Assembly: GCA_052426225.1 (NCBI GenBank)
Contig: JBNJNM010000010.1
Location: 372,001 to 436,000 of the forward strand
Reading direction: 5' to 3'
DNA: 64,000 nucleotides
Origin: Zancudomyces culisetae HAW-14-8
Taxonomy: Eukaryota; Fungi; Kickxellomycota
The notes below the pieces were generated by a model. It was not told where the DNA came from. It searched no databases and saw only the letters and a program-made list of their open reading frames with translations. This document shows, one piece after another, positions 22,607-33,149 of the stretch (positions are counted from its first letter, which is position 1; each line of letters starts with the position of its first letter). The position numbers were made by a program, and so were the translations under genes.

Positions 22607-25600
22607 TGCAATATCGACCAAATAACAAGGCAATGGTGAAACGACCATTAACTCAATACGAATTGTATTTACAGAAACAAAGGCTTGATTTGATGAATTC
22701 GATGACCAGTACTACGCTTGTACAGATCAGAAACACACACGGAACGCTTTCCCGTCCTGTTGACAACTACAAACCGATAATAGTGAATCCAAAACATGGT
22801 GCAGATGAGAGAGACGTGTATATTCCGGAATTTTTGGGTAGATATTTGAAGGCACATCAAATTGAGGGGGTGAGATTTATGTGGGCCAATTTGGTGATGC
22901 AAAAGCATGGAACGCATAAAACAACACCTCATGGTTGTGTTATTGCACATGCTATGGGATTGGGAAAGACATTGCAGGTGGTCACATTTGTATATACGTT
23001 GTTTAATGCGATTACGGACGACAGGGTGAATGAAAATTTGGGATCGATAAACAAGCAAAAACCGAGTGGAATTCCACCCAACCTTAAAAAGAAAAGCGTA
23101 CTTATTTTGTGTCCACCGACATTACAAACAAACTGGCGCAGAGAATTTGTGAAGTGGTTGACTAATGGAGGAATGGACACAGTAGAGGGAAGAACAGTGG
23201 TTGAAGAATTGAACATGAGACGTGAAGATGAGATGCTGCACCGCAAGCATTTGGATAAAGTCAAACACGTGTTGAACACCATACTATGTTTTGATACGAT
23301 CAAAGGCGATTTAAAGGCTAAACAGGCAGTGCTTGAAGGGTGGCGCAAGAGCGGAGGAGTAATGATTATGGGATTTAATGCGTTTAGAGATTTGAACAAA
23401 ATCCAGACGATTCGAAAGGAATGTTTGGGAACAAACAAGTACAGCAACACGATATATCGCTGCCTGGTTGATCCAGGACCAGCAATAGTGATTGCTGATG
23501 AGGGTCACATGATCAAGAACCAGAGTTCGCAGCTTTCAGTATCGATGGAAAAGATCAATACGCTGGCACGGATATGTTTGACGGGGTATCCACTGCAAAA
23601 CAATTTGGATGAGTACTGGACAATGGTTAATTTTGTGTTTCCGAATGTCTTGGGCAAATATGGCGATTTCCATGCAACGTATTCACTACCGATATCCAAT
23701 TCATTGTATTTAGATGCGTCTTATACGGATCGACGTAATGGAGCAGTATTACTTCGAGCACTTCATGAACATTTGGCACCGCTTGTTTTGAGACAAGATG
23801 CAACAGCTTTGCATAAGGTCATTCCACCAAAGATTGAGTTTTTTATCATGTGTTCGCTTAGTGATTTGCAATATCAAATGTACAATTCGTATTTGAATTT
23901 CTTTAAGGATAGAGTTGGATGTACCAACAGAGGAATCATTATGCGGTATTCAACTTTTTCAACTATTTGTAGTCATCCATCGGCAGTCAAGTACTTGTTT
24001 AATAAGAGAAAGGATGCACAACGAGAAGCTGTCAAGGGCTTATCAACAGCCAAGATAAGATCAATATACGAGACGGATGATTTGTTGTTGGAGGATCCTA
24101 GTTTATTAGTAGATTCTGAAAACACAAACACAAATGCAAATGCAAATATAAACGTGGATGGAGATACAACACGATCAGGATTTTATAGTGAGCACGTGGA
24201 TGATTCTTGGGCTGAAGCCATTCTTAGCAAACTTCCTTCAACCAAATATGTACTTCCTGAACATTCACCAAAGATTTTAATAATGTTATCGATACTGTAC
24301 AATGCGCTAGTCAATAATGAGCGGGTGTTGGTGTTTTCACATTTTCTAAGCACTCTTGATTTTATTTGGTGGACGTTGGATACGATGGATTTGTTGAGTA
24401 AAGTAACCAAAACAAAGATGCAGAATGGATACCGAAACAAGCCAATAGCTGAGCGTAATGGAATAGCCGAAGTGGTATTGAGAATAGATGGTAGAACGCC
24501 GATGGGTTTACGAACGGAGCTGATTGATAAATTCAATGATCCAAATAGTTCCGCACGTATTTTCTTGATTTCGACGGGGACAGCTGCAATAGGTGTGAAT
24601 TTGGTAGCGGCGACCCGGGTGATTTTGTTTGATGTAGGATGGAATCCGTTGTATGACGAACAAGCTGTTGCACGTGCTTATCGGTATAATCAAAACAACC
24701 GTGTCTTTGTATATCGATTGATATCCATGGGGACGTGGGAACAAACCATGTTTTTCAACAATAGGCATAAGGTTGGATTGAGTTTACGGGTGGTTGATAA
24801 TGTGGAAAGCAATAGAAAGGTTGTTAAACAAGAGACCAAAAATTACTATGCACCTCCCAAGAATCCAAAATCTATTGAACATATTTCTAGTCGGAACATT
24901 CAAAAACTGCTAGATAGTACAAAGCCTGATAAAGTATTTTCAAAAGTACTAAGTAGGAATTACAAAAATATTGTGTCTGTTGAAACTCATTTCACTGACC
25001 CAAGGGATGCTGGAAAGTATAGCACAGAAGTTTCGGATGTTACTCCTAATTCGGCCTTTGAGAATAATAACAATCCTATTATTTTGGATATGGTAGCTCA
25101 AGAAAAGAGCAAACTTAATGCTCTTTCTACCATCACATTTCAAAAGTTTATGGATACCATTAGCCTTTCATTCCCCAATAATATTAGTGGTGCTATTAGT
25201 AGTATAAATAATGGTATTGGCGGTAGTGGCGGTAGTAGTAGTGGTAGTGGTGGTAGTGGTAATAACAGGAGAGGAAATTCAAATAATGCTGGAATAACAA
25301 GATTCATTGATGATGCGGATGTTGCTATTGATGACTTACCTGATAATTTAAAATTTCATGAATTATCTATAGGCTTCAAATCTAACAACAAAAATCAAGT
25401 TACAACTATGGTAGGTAATATGAGTAATACCAACATACATCACTCTTCTAGAATCACGACCATCCCTAGTGATGATGATAATGATGATAATGATGATAAT
25501 GATAATTATAGTACTAATGGTGGTGGGAATAATGATAGTAACAATCTTTTAAATGTCAATTACAGGATGGATATAGATACAAGTAATCAAGGAAAGTCTC

Positions 25601-25807
25601 GAAATATACCATCCTTTTACCCTTCAAAACTAAAGCCATCTGATAATAATTCCTTGTTTCCAACAACCAATAAACCCACCATAATACTATTGGAATCCGA
25701 AAAACCAGCACCAACTGTGCCAAAATCGAATTTAAATGATTCTAATAATAGTTCTAAACAGCCTAAAGCTCCAACCCTTACCGATATTGTACTCTCTTCA
25801 ACACATC

Positions 25808-25854
<47 letters not shown>

Positions 25855-27387
25855 AAGCAACAACAACAAAAACAAGAATTACGTTCTCAGCAAGTTACAG
25901 CATCTTTATTACTGGAAAGTAGTCGAGATAGTAAACCAACTATCAATTTTAACACTAATGCTAATAAGTATGGAGATGAGTATGGAAATAAATATGGAAA
26001 TAAATATGGAAATAAATATGGAAATACTAATACTAGTACTAGTACTAGTACCAATACCAATACCAATACCAATACCAATACCAATACCAATACCAATACC
26101 AATACCAATACCAATACCAATACCAATACCAATACCAATACCAATACCAATACCAATACCAATACCAATACCAATACCAATACCAATACCAATACCAATA
26201 CCAATACCAATACCAATACTAATACTAATTCTAATACTAATAAGAGTAGTAGTAATAGTAATAGTAATAATAGCACAAATAAGAGTAATAGTGATGGTGG
26301 TGATAGTCATAGTGGTAAAACCATAAAAACAGAAAGAGAAACTGGTATCTATATGATCAATCAAAGACCATCTTCTTCATTTTTGGGTCCAAATGCTAAA
26401 CGATACCAAAGACCATCACACTTTTCTAACAATCCAAGCAATACCCACAACAAACCTTATTTCCCAAGACCACCATATCATTCTCATTCTCACTCCTTTC
26501 ATAACCCTCACAATTCATACTTACAACGACCACAATACCATCAAAGTTTGAAATCACCTACAACTTCATTAATACAACAACAACAACAACAACAAAATCC
26601 TTTACAACCTCCATCACTAATAGGAAAGAATAGCTTTTATGGTGCAACAAATACTTCAAATGCATACAATTACTACCACAGCTTTGTGCCCAACAAGACG
26701 GTATTTGATCATAATATCCCAGTTGTGCAACCCACCACGATTAATAAAAGAATGCCACCTGGTAGAAGGTTTCCACCTCATCATGCCATGTCTAATCAAC
26801 GTTCTGTTGTGCATTCTTCTAATTTTAATTTTAGAGAAAATAAACCAAACCTCAATTTCAAGCCTAATCCCAATCTTAACCTCAAGCACAACATTAATAC
26901 AAGTTCCAGCTCTAACTTCAGCTCTAACTTCAGACCCAAAGCAAAACCCACTTCCACTTCCACCTCCACTCTTACTTCCACTCCCACCCCTATTCTCACT
27001 TCTAAACCCAAACCCAAGACCAAACCCAATGTTAATACTAAAACAAACACTAACACCAACAGCAACACTAACACCAATACCAGACCAAAGGCCAACAATA
27101 ATGTCAATACTGGTACCAATACTAACACTAAAGCTAATACTAAAGCTAACGCTAATGCTAATGCTAATTCTGGTAAAAATGATGGTACATCTAGTAAACA
27201 AAAAAATAAGCAGCAAACTTCCGCCGATAATACCAAGAGCGATCTTATGAATCCCACTAATAAAAGTAGTAGTGAAGGTGGGAGTACTAAATCAAAGAAA
27301 AAGAAAAAGAGAAAAGCCCGTGAAGCGTTTTTAAACGAGGAGGCGAAAAAGCGTGAGCGTGAGCGGGGGGGGGATGAAGGCAGATGA
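19001..27387 (+). CDS. SAM-domain plus SNF2-family ATPase (ATRX/RAD54L2-like) with long low-complexity C-terminus; probable exons 19001..~19033/19039, 19101..19575, 19694..27387
   Basis: SAM signature WTVEQVGVWI..FTDNEIDGKVL. SNF2 motifs HAMGLGKTLQV, IADEGH, LTGYPLQNNLDEYW and FDVGWNPLYDEQAVARAYR. The GTAAGT donor at 19576 (phase 1) fits an AAG acceptor ending 19693. The first exon is uncertain (alternative ATG at 19110). Confidence 0.88.
26050..26217 (+). repeat. Perfect (ACCAAT)28 coding hexamer repeat giving a Thr-Asn dipeptide tract
   Basis: Directly visible, 168 nt. Preceded by 12-nt NKYG repeats (~25963-26022) and a CAA poly-Gln tract (~25807-25875). Confidence 0.97.
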
Positions 27388-27674
27388 GGGGAATGGTTAG
27401 GGAGATGTTTGGAGTTTTTTTCTAAAAAGGAGTATGGTATAATATAACATAATGTATTTTAAATTTGTAACTAGTTTTTAAATATAACCATCTTTTTCCA
27501 TTTCTTTTTCTATTTCTTTTTTTTTTTCAGTTGTTTTAAAAAGAAAAAGATTACTTGTAACAAGAAAATAATTTCCAATAACTACATTAAGCTAATAAAG
27601 AGAATGGGGATGGAAAAAAGATATACATAAAAATCAATAAACAACAACAAGGAGGAAAAAAAAAACTACAGTAT

Positions 27675-30600
27675 TTAAAGAGTAAGAGTGGAGGGAGAAG
27701 TAGAAGTAGAAGATGATGATGATGGTAGGGATGATGATGGCAGGGATGATGTGAGTCTATTAAGTTGGAAAAGTGCAGAGTTTTGGTCAGCAAGTTTGGT
27801 AGAAGGTTCACCAAGATCCACAAACTTGGCAGCAAAGTCGAGCAAATTAACAGCATATTCACGCCACTTTTCGCTCTCGCTATTATCTGCAAATGAACCA
27901 GAATTACTCAACAAGAAATCCACAGCGATTTGGTAATTACCAAAGCGTACCTGTGCCTCAAAGATAGAAGTAATTAGCAGCAAATGATTATCATATCCAT
28001 TGATTCCCGTAGAATATGAAGCTGAATCAGGGACGGCTTGTGTTGAAGGTTTGTGAATGTTGGTCAGATCGTATATATGGTTGGCTACACCATCCAACAA
28101 ATAAAAGTACCTAAATTTGTCGTGACCATTACCATTATCTACAGCATACTTGTGGTGTCGTTTTGTATCGCCACTACCACTGTTACCAGCTTTGCCAAAA
28201 CCAAAACCAAAACCAAGATCAAGATTTAGATTAAGGTTAAGGTTAAGGTTAAAGTTGGGGTTTTTAGTGGTTTTGATATCGACACTTGGTTTGCTAAATA
28301 GTATGGTGTATTTTTCAACATTGTTCGATCCAAAATCCATTTTGAGGGTTTGCTGCTCCACGAATTTGACAAATTCAAGGTTATCAATATCATTATCATT
28401 ATCAATATCATTCTCTGAAATATTAAAGGCCTGATCACCATCACCATCACCATCATTATCCATATCGGTATTATTTTTAGTGTTGGCGTTAAGATTGGCA
28501 TTGGCATTGGTATTGGTATTAGCACTAGGTCCGTTATTTTTTATGGTTTCTTGAATATTTTTTTGTTGTCTTTGCTGTTGTTGCGATAATGCAGCCGATC
28601 TGAGTAATGCGAATAAATGTTCGTCGTTTTGGAAATCGCAGTATATACAGCAATCCACCAATGTCTTGAACATATAATCTAGACTACGTTTGGTGTTATG
28701 GATGTTGTCAATATTGGCACCGTAGTTGTAAGTCTGTGGGTTGAAGAGGGTGTAGTAGTTAGCAGGAGTTTCTAGCTCTGGGTTTGTTTTTGAAGCTTTT
28801 GATTGCAAGGACTGTGGTGATGGCAGTAGCTGTGCCATCTTATTATCTAATGTCGAAAGAAGCTGTTGGTATCTATAAAGTACCAATTCCAATGTTTGGA
28901 ACGCCATGGTAATATCACCAGTAGACGCATAAGCAAAACACAGTGATGCATAGAACTGCAAACTCAATGTATCATTATTATCATTACTATTGTTGTTATT
29001 GATATTTTTTAGATAATAATAGGCATTTACGACTTGCATTCCATAATTGTCACTAGTTAATGATTTGCTATTATTACCAACTTCTGAATCGCTATTTGTA
29101 GACTTATATTGGTACATATAAATCAGCGAATTGTTGTTAAACAGTCTTTTTTCCAACGTGCCTAGTGCTCGTATCAAGTAAATAGCAGTAACACTCTCAG
29201 ATAAGTGGACACCAAAATGATCCAGTAACTTGGCATACACACTTTCAGACACGGTAAAGTGTTGTTGTGACTGGTACCGTTTGAGTTTCTCCAAAAACTG
29301 CATGGCCTCAATGACCTCATCTACCTTCAACAGACTACTCATCACCATGTCAAAGACTGCGGCTGGTATACTGCGTTCACGAATATTATTTATATCAACT
29401 CCTACATGCGTATCCGTATCTGTATAACTACCACTACCACTATCACTACTGGTAAGATTTGAATTGGACTCATTCACGTATAGGTTGGTGTTGATGTTGA
29501 CATCAATTTCGCTATTTGATTTCTCTTTTCCAGATACATCATCATCGACAAACGATTTTGGCAAAATGTGATCCTTGATCTTTAGCACTTGAGTATACTC
29601 ACCTAGATTATAATACGTCTTCATCACTATTGCATAGATAAATGGCTTGATTTCGGCCTGCAGCTTTTGATTGTTGGAGATTTCTGTAAAATCTATTTTT
29701 TCCTCAAATATCTTTATTGCGTCAACAAGATTCATGGTATTTCCAACACCAAGCCTACTGTTGTTATTGTATCCTTCCTCCATTATCATTCCATACAATT
29801 TGATCCGAAGTCCGGCGTCCAAATTATCTTTTTGATCCTCAATAATTTGCATCGATTCATTAATCCAAAAATCACTAGTACAATTAATACTCAACCCATG
29901 GACTAACGATGTTACCAGTTGTGAATTGTTTCCCTGTGTTGTCCTTTTAAGACCATCGTATTCCTTGTATAGTTGAAGGCTCGTCTGCTTCAAGTCTTCA
30001 ATAATCCTATCTACAACTTCATACCCGCCACTGTATTCACCAAGTCCACCGAGATCGGCAAATAACTTTTCGCCACTCGCTAGCGATTGTTGCGACTTGT
30101 AGTAGTGGTCGATATTTGCAACTGTTTTTATGGCCATTGAAATGCCATCCAAAACACCAATACAAATACCTTTAGCCCCCTCCAGGTATACTGGGTCGCA
30201 AGCCTGGTCCTTGGCTAGTATGCTCAACAGAGGTATAACCCAGTGTGTTCTAACCGCAGCCACTTTGGATTTGAATTTTTCTACATCTTTTACTACTGTT
30301 TCTAGAACCACCTCCTTGGAACTACGACCATCAAAGCTCAACTCTCCTCCAAAGCTCTTCGAAAGGTATTCCAAAATGACAGTACGTGTTGGTGGCACCT
30401 CAAGCGTTTGTGTCATGTCATTGTTGATTATACTTTCCACCAACCATGTCAGTTCCTTACTTTTCATCAGCGATGTAGTAATCTGCTCCAGTATTTGTTG
30501 TTTGAGATGCGTGCTGTATGCATCCCCAAATTCTTTGTTTGAATATAATATATTAAACATTTCGTAACCATTAACTGCCTCCTCAACATTCCCCACCTCA

Positions 30601-32375
30601 ATCTGACTGGATATATACATGCTAAACATCCTGTAAACTGGTGGTATACTTCTTTGAGGTGTTTTGATATTGTTTCCGTTTGAAATTCCGTGCGACAACA
30701 ATACAAACGCGTGGCTGGTCTCGTCTTGTTGGGTACAGTTACTTGTTTTGTATTTTGTCATAAATTCCTGGAAAATTCCCTTTACCACATTTGCTCTCCA
30801 TTCTGTATTTTTTTGCGCACTTTCATTCTTATACTTGACTATTGTGTTTCGTATAGTATTATAGATGTTCCGGGTATGTAAATCCATTTCCGTGTTTATA
30901 TAGTATTGGAGTTCCTCCTGAAGTGACATTGGAGCCTTGCTATTCAAAACAACATCTATCAAGCTTGCATATACATCTGGATCAAGATCAACAGCCTTTT
31001 GAGGTAATTCAGGCTCCCTGACTTTAGCTGTATCTTCAGTTTGGCTTTTCTTCAATGTGTCAACATAGGTACCCGAATAACCGTTATTCTCCAGCATATT
31101 AACGGCTGCTTGGAAATCGCTATTTCGTTTGCATAGCTCAAGCACCATCAACATATCCCTCTTGTCCATGAACGTTTGCCCATTCTTTGTATTCTTAATC
31201 GCTATCAATTCGCTCAAGATTCTGGCTGGACGGTAGTTGTGCTCTGAAACAGTGTTAAACCACTCTTTATCAAACCGCATCTCCTGACCTCTAAATAGTT
31301 GGTTGTACTCTCTTAATCTTTCATACAGCGCCTTTGAATCTTTGACCTCTAAATCCTCACCTGGTTCTTCGACATTGTCTCCAAGCTGCTCTAAAATATA
31401 GTTTGATCTTACCAACTCGATCTCCTCATCAGACCTTGTCTTTGGTGAATAAGTATTTCCATGCTCAATGTTTCTAGTTCCGTATGTGTATACCAGTCGT
31501 ATAAGCTTCTTGTAATCCTCTAGTGTAAGTATGGAATCATGGCTGATACCCCCTTGTTCTTTTGATCCAACATCTTTTGTAGATATTCCCGCTTTTTCTT
31601 CCCACTCCATTTCAGAAAACCTTAGCTTCAATACACTAACTACCCTACTTCCCCAGTATCCTGGAGCATACTCTATATTTTCTTCAGCTGTTTTGACTAT
31701 ACCATCCACTTCTTTCTGAGTTTCTTTTCCAAATCCAGTACCAACTCTCCTACTCATTTCCTGGGCATCTATTTCCTCCAAAAATAGCTTTATGATTTGA
31801 TCTATAATCTCTTTTCTTGTACAAAGTATCTCTATAATTCTATCTCTCTCGTGCTCCTCAATCTCAAATCCTGGCAATGGTTTGCTACTGTACTTCCCCC
31901 ACATATCTCTATTCAGTTCAGTATCGCTTTCAGCGACCGCTGCTGTGGATGCCTCTGAAAGTACTCCTTCTGGATTTCGATACCACATTCCCCACACCAT
32001 CTCTGCATCCCCATTTTTAATCGCATCTATCAGTTTTGGCACCTTTTTCACAAACTTTATTTTGTTATACCACGATGGCTCGTTTTTTTCATTATCTCCT
32101 CCAGGTGGCTTTGACCATGACGAGCTTTGGATACTCAGTTTTGGTGCATTTAATTCAGACATTTCTTTCATGTCGCCACCAAAATTGACAGCATGTTTCC
32201 TCCTTGCATTGGATTCGCCATCCTTTGTTTCTCCAGACTTGCTGATAATGTCTTTTAGATTTGACAGAATCCCGCCTGTGTGTCGAGTCGAGGTAATGCT
32301 TCTCCTAGTTATATTGACATATAAATTATTCCCTCCGCACCGGCGCAAGTTGCTAGTGCTGCAATATCTCAACAT
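27675..32375 (-). CDS. Large mitochondrial helical-repeat protein, probably pentatricopeptide-repeat (PPR), 1566 aa
   Basis: Arg/Ser/Thr-rich, acid-free N-terminus (MLRYCSTSNLRR..ITRRSITSTRH). PPR-like units MFSMYISSQIEVGNVEEAVNGYEMF, IYAIVMKTYYNLGEYTQVLKI, VFDMVMSSLLKVDEVIEAMQFLEKL and FYASLCFAYASTGDITMAFQTLE. The ORF is certain; the family is inferred. Confidence 0.72.
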   Translation of the reverse strand: MLRYCSTSNLRRCGGNNLYVNITRRSITSTRHTGGILSNLKDIISKSGETKDGESNARRKHAVNFGGDMKEMSELNAPKLSIQSSSWSKPPGGDNEKNEPSWYNKIKFVKKVPKLIDAIKNGDAEMVWGMWYRNPEGVLSEASTAAVAESDTELNRDMWGKYSSKPLPGFEIEEHERDRIIEILCTRKEIIDQIIKLFLEEIDAQEMSRRVGTGFGKETQKEVDGIVKTAEENIEYAPGYWGSRVVSVLKLRFSEMEWEEKAGISTKDVGSKEQGGISHDSILTLEDYKKLIRLVYTYGTRNIEHGNTYSPKTRSDEEIELVRSNYILEQLGDNVEEPGEDLEVKDSKALYERLREYNQLFRGQEMRFDKEWFNTVSEHNYRPARILSELIAIKNTKNGQTFMDKRDMLMVLELCKRNSDFQAAVNMLENNGYSGTYVDTLKKSQTEDTAKVREPELPQKAVDLDPDVYASLIDVVLNSKAPMSLQEELQYYINTEMDLHTRNIYNTIRNTIVKYKNESAQKNTEWRANVVKGIFQEFMTKYKTSNCTQQDETSHAFVLLSHGISNGNNIKTPQRSIPPVYRMFSMYISSQIEVGNVEEAVNGYEMFNILYSNKEFGDAYSTHLKQQILEQITTSLMKSKELTWLVESIINNDMTQTLEVPPTRTVILEYLSKSFGGELSFDGRSSKEVVLETVVKDVEKFKSKVAAVRTHWVIPLLSILAKDQACDPVYLEGAKGICIGVLDGISMAIKTVANIDHYYKSQQSLASGEKLFADLGGLGEYSGGYEVVDRIIEDLKQTSLQLYKEYDGLKRTTQGNNSQLVTSLVHGLSINCTSDFWINESMQIIEDQKDNLDAGLRIKLYGMIMEEGYNNNSRLGVGNTMNLVDAIKIFEEKIDFTEISNNQKLQAEIKPFIYAIVMKTYYNLGEYTQVLKIKDHILPKSFVDDDVSGKEKSNSEIDVNINTNLYVNESNSNLTSSDSGSGSYTDTDTHVGVDINNIRERSIPAAVFDMVMSSLLKVDEVIEAMQFLEKLKRYQSQQHFTVSESVYAKLLDHFGVHLSESVTAIYLIRALGTLEKRLFNNNSLIYMYQYKSTNSDSEVGNNSKSLTSDNYGMQVVNAYYYLKNINNNNSNDNNDTLSLQFYASLCFAYASTGDITMAFQTLELVLYRYQQLLSTLDNKMAQLLPSPQSLQSKASKTNPELETPANYYTLFNPQTYNYGANIDNIHNTKRSLDYMFKTLVDCCIYCDFQNDEHLFALLRSAALSQQQQRQQKNIQETIKNNGPSANTNTNANANLNANTKNNTDMDNDGDGDGDQAFNISENDIDNDNDIDNLEFVKFVEQQTLKMDFGSNNVEKYTILFSKPSVDIKTTKNPNFNLNLNLNLNLDLGFGFGFGKAGNSGSGDTKRHHKYAVDNGNGHDKFRYFYLLDGVANHIYDLTNIHKPSTQAVPDSASYSTGINGYDNHLLLITSIFEAQVRFGNYQIAVDFLLSNSGSFADNSESEKWREYAVNLLDFAAKFVDLGEPSTKLADQNSALFQLNRLTSSLPSSSLPSSSSSTSTSPSTLTL

Positions 32376-33149
32376 TTCTGAATTGCACCTTTGGCCCTAT
32401 CGCAATCTTTGATCTGGCTTTTCTAGTAGAATATTTCCAAGAGAAAGGCTATGTCAGCTTGCCTACTTTTTCTCTTCGGGCTTTCTTTTCAGTCTTCACA
32501 GTAATCAAGCTGATTTCAGCGCTGAGTTGATTCGCCCACGAAATTGTTTTTTATTTATTTATTTTTCATTTTGCTTGGCTAACTCGATTTCTTGCGTGAT
32601 GGTTATCTACCACCTACTCTCCTCTCCACTCCACTCCACTATCCTCCACTTCTCTCCACTCCAACTTTATCTCAAATCCTGTTAACCAATGGTGTTTGTT
32701 TTGACCTCTGCTTGTCAATTAAGGCCATCATGAAGGCAAAAGTACGCAAAAAAAAAATTTTTTTTTTCTTTCACAATCAACTACATTTTTGATCTTTTAG
32801 AGGACTATTCCGATTTTTTTTTATCAAAAGCTGGTATTTTTTCACTCACATTTAAGTTGATCCACACTCATTTGAGACTAGCACTTTAATCAAGTTCCCA
32901 CCCAATTCTTCAAGAAAATAGCTATCAAAATTTGTGTATCGAAAGTTATTAAAAAAAACCTTAAATTGTATTGTGATTCGTGGTTGAAACAAGACACTGG
33001 ATAGTGATATATTTGTTTGTTTTTATCTTTTATCTTTCCTCTGTTTTCAACGTTTACTTTAATTGTTGATAAATATACTGTACTTGCGAGTCACCATTTG
33101 GCACCTTGGGCTATTTCAGTTATAAATACACACGCACAGCTTATAACCA

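Noticed and set aside
25736-27257. Poly-IP, poly-LV and poly-IG ORFs in alternative frames
   Set aside because: Shadow frames of stop-free hexamer repeats inside the SNF2 gene.
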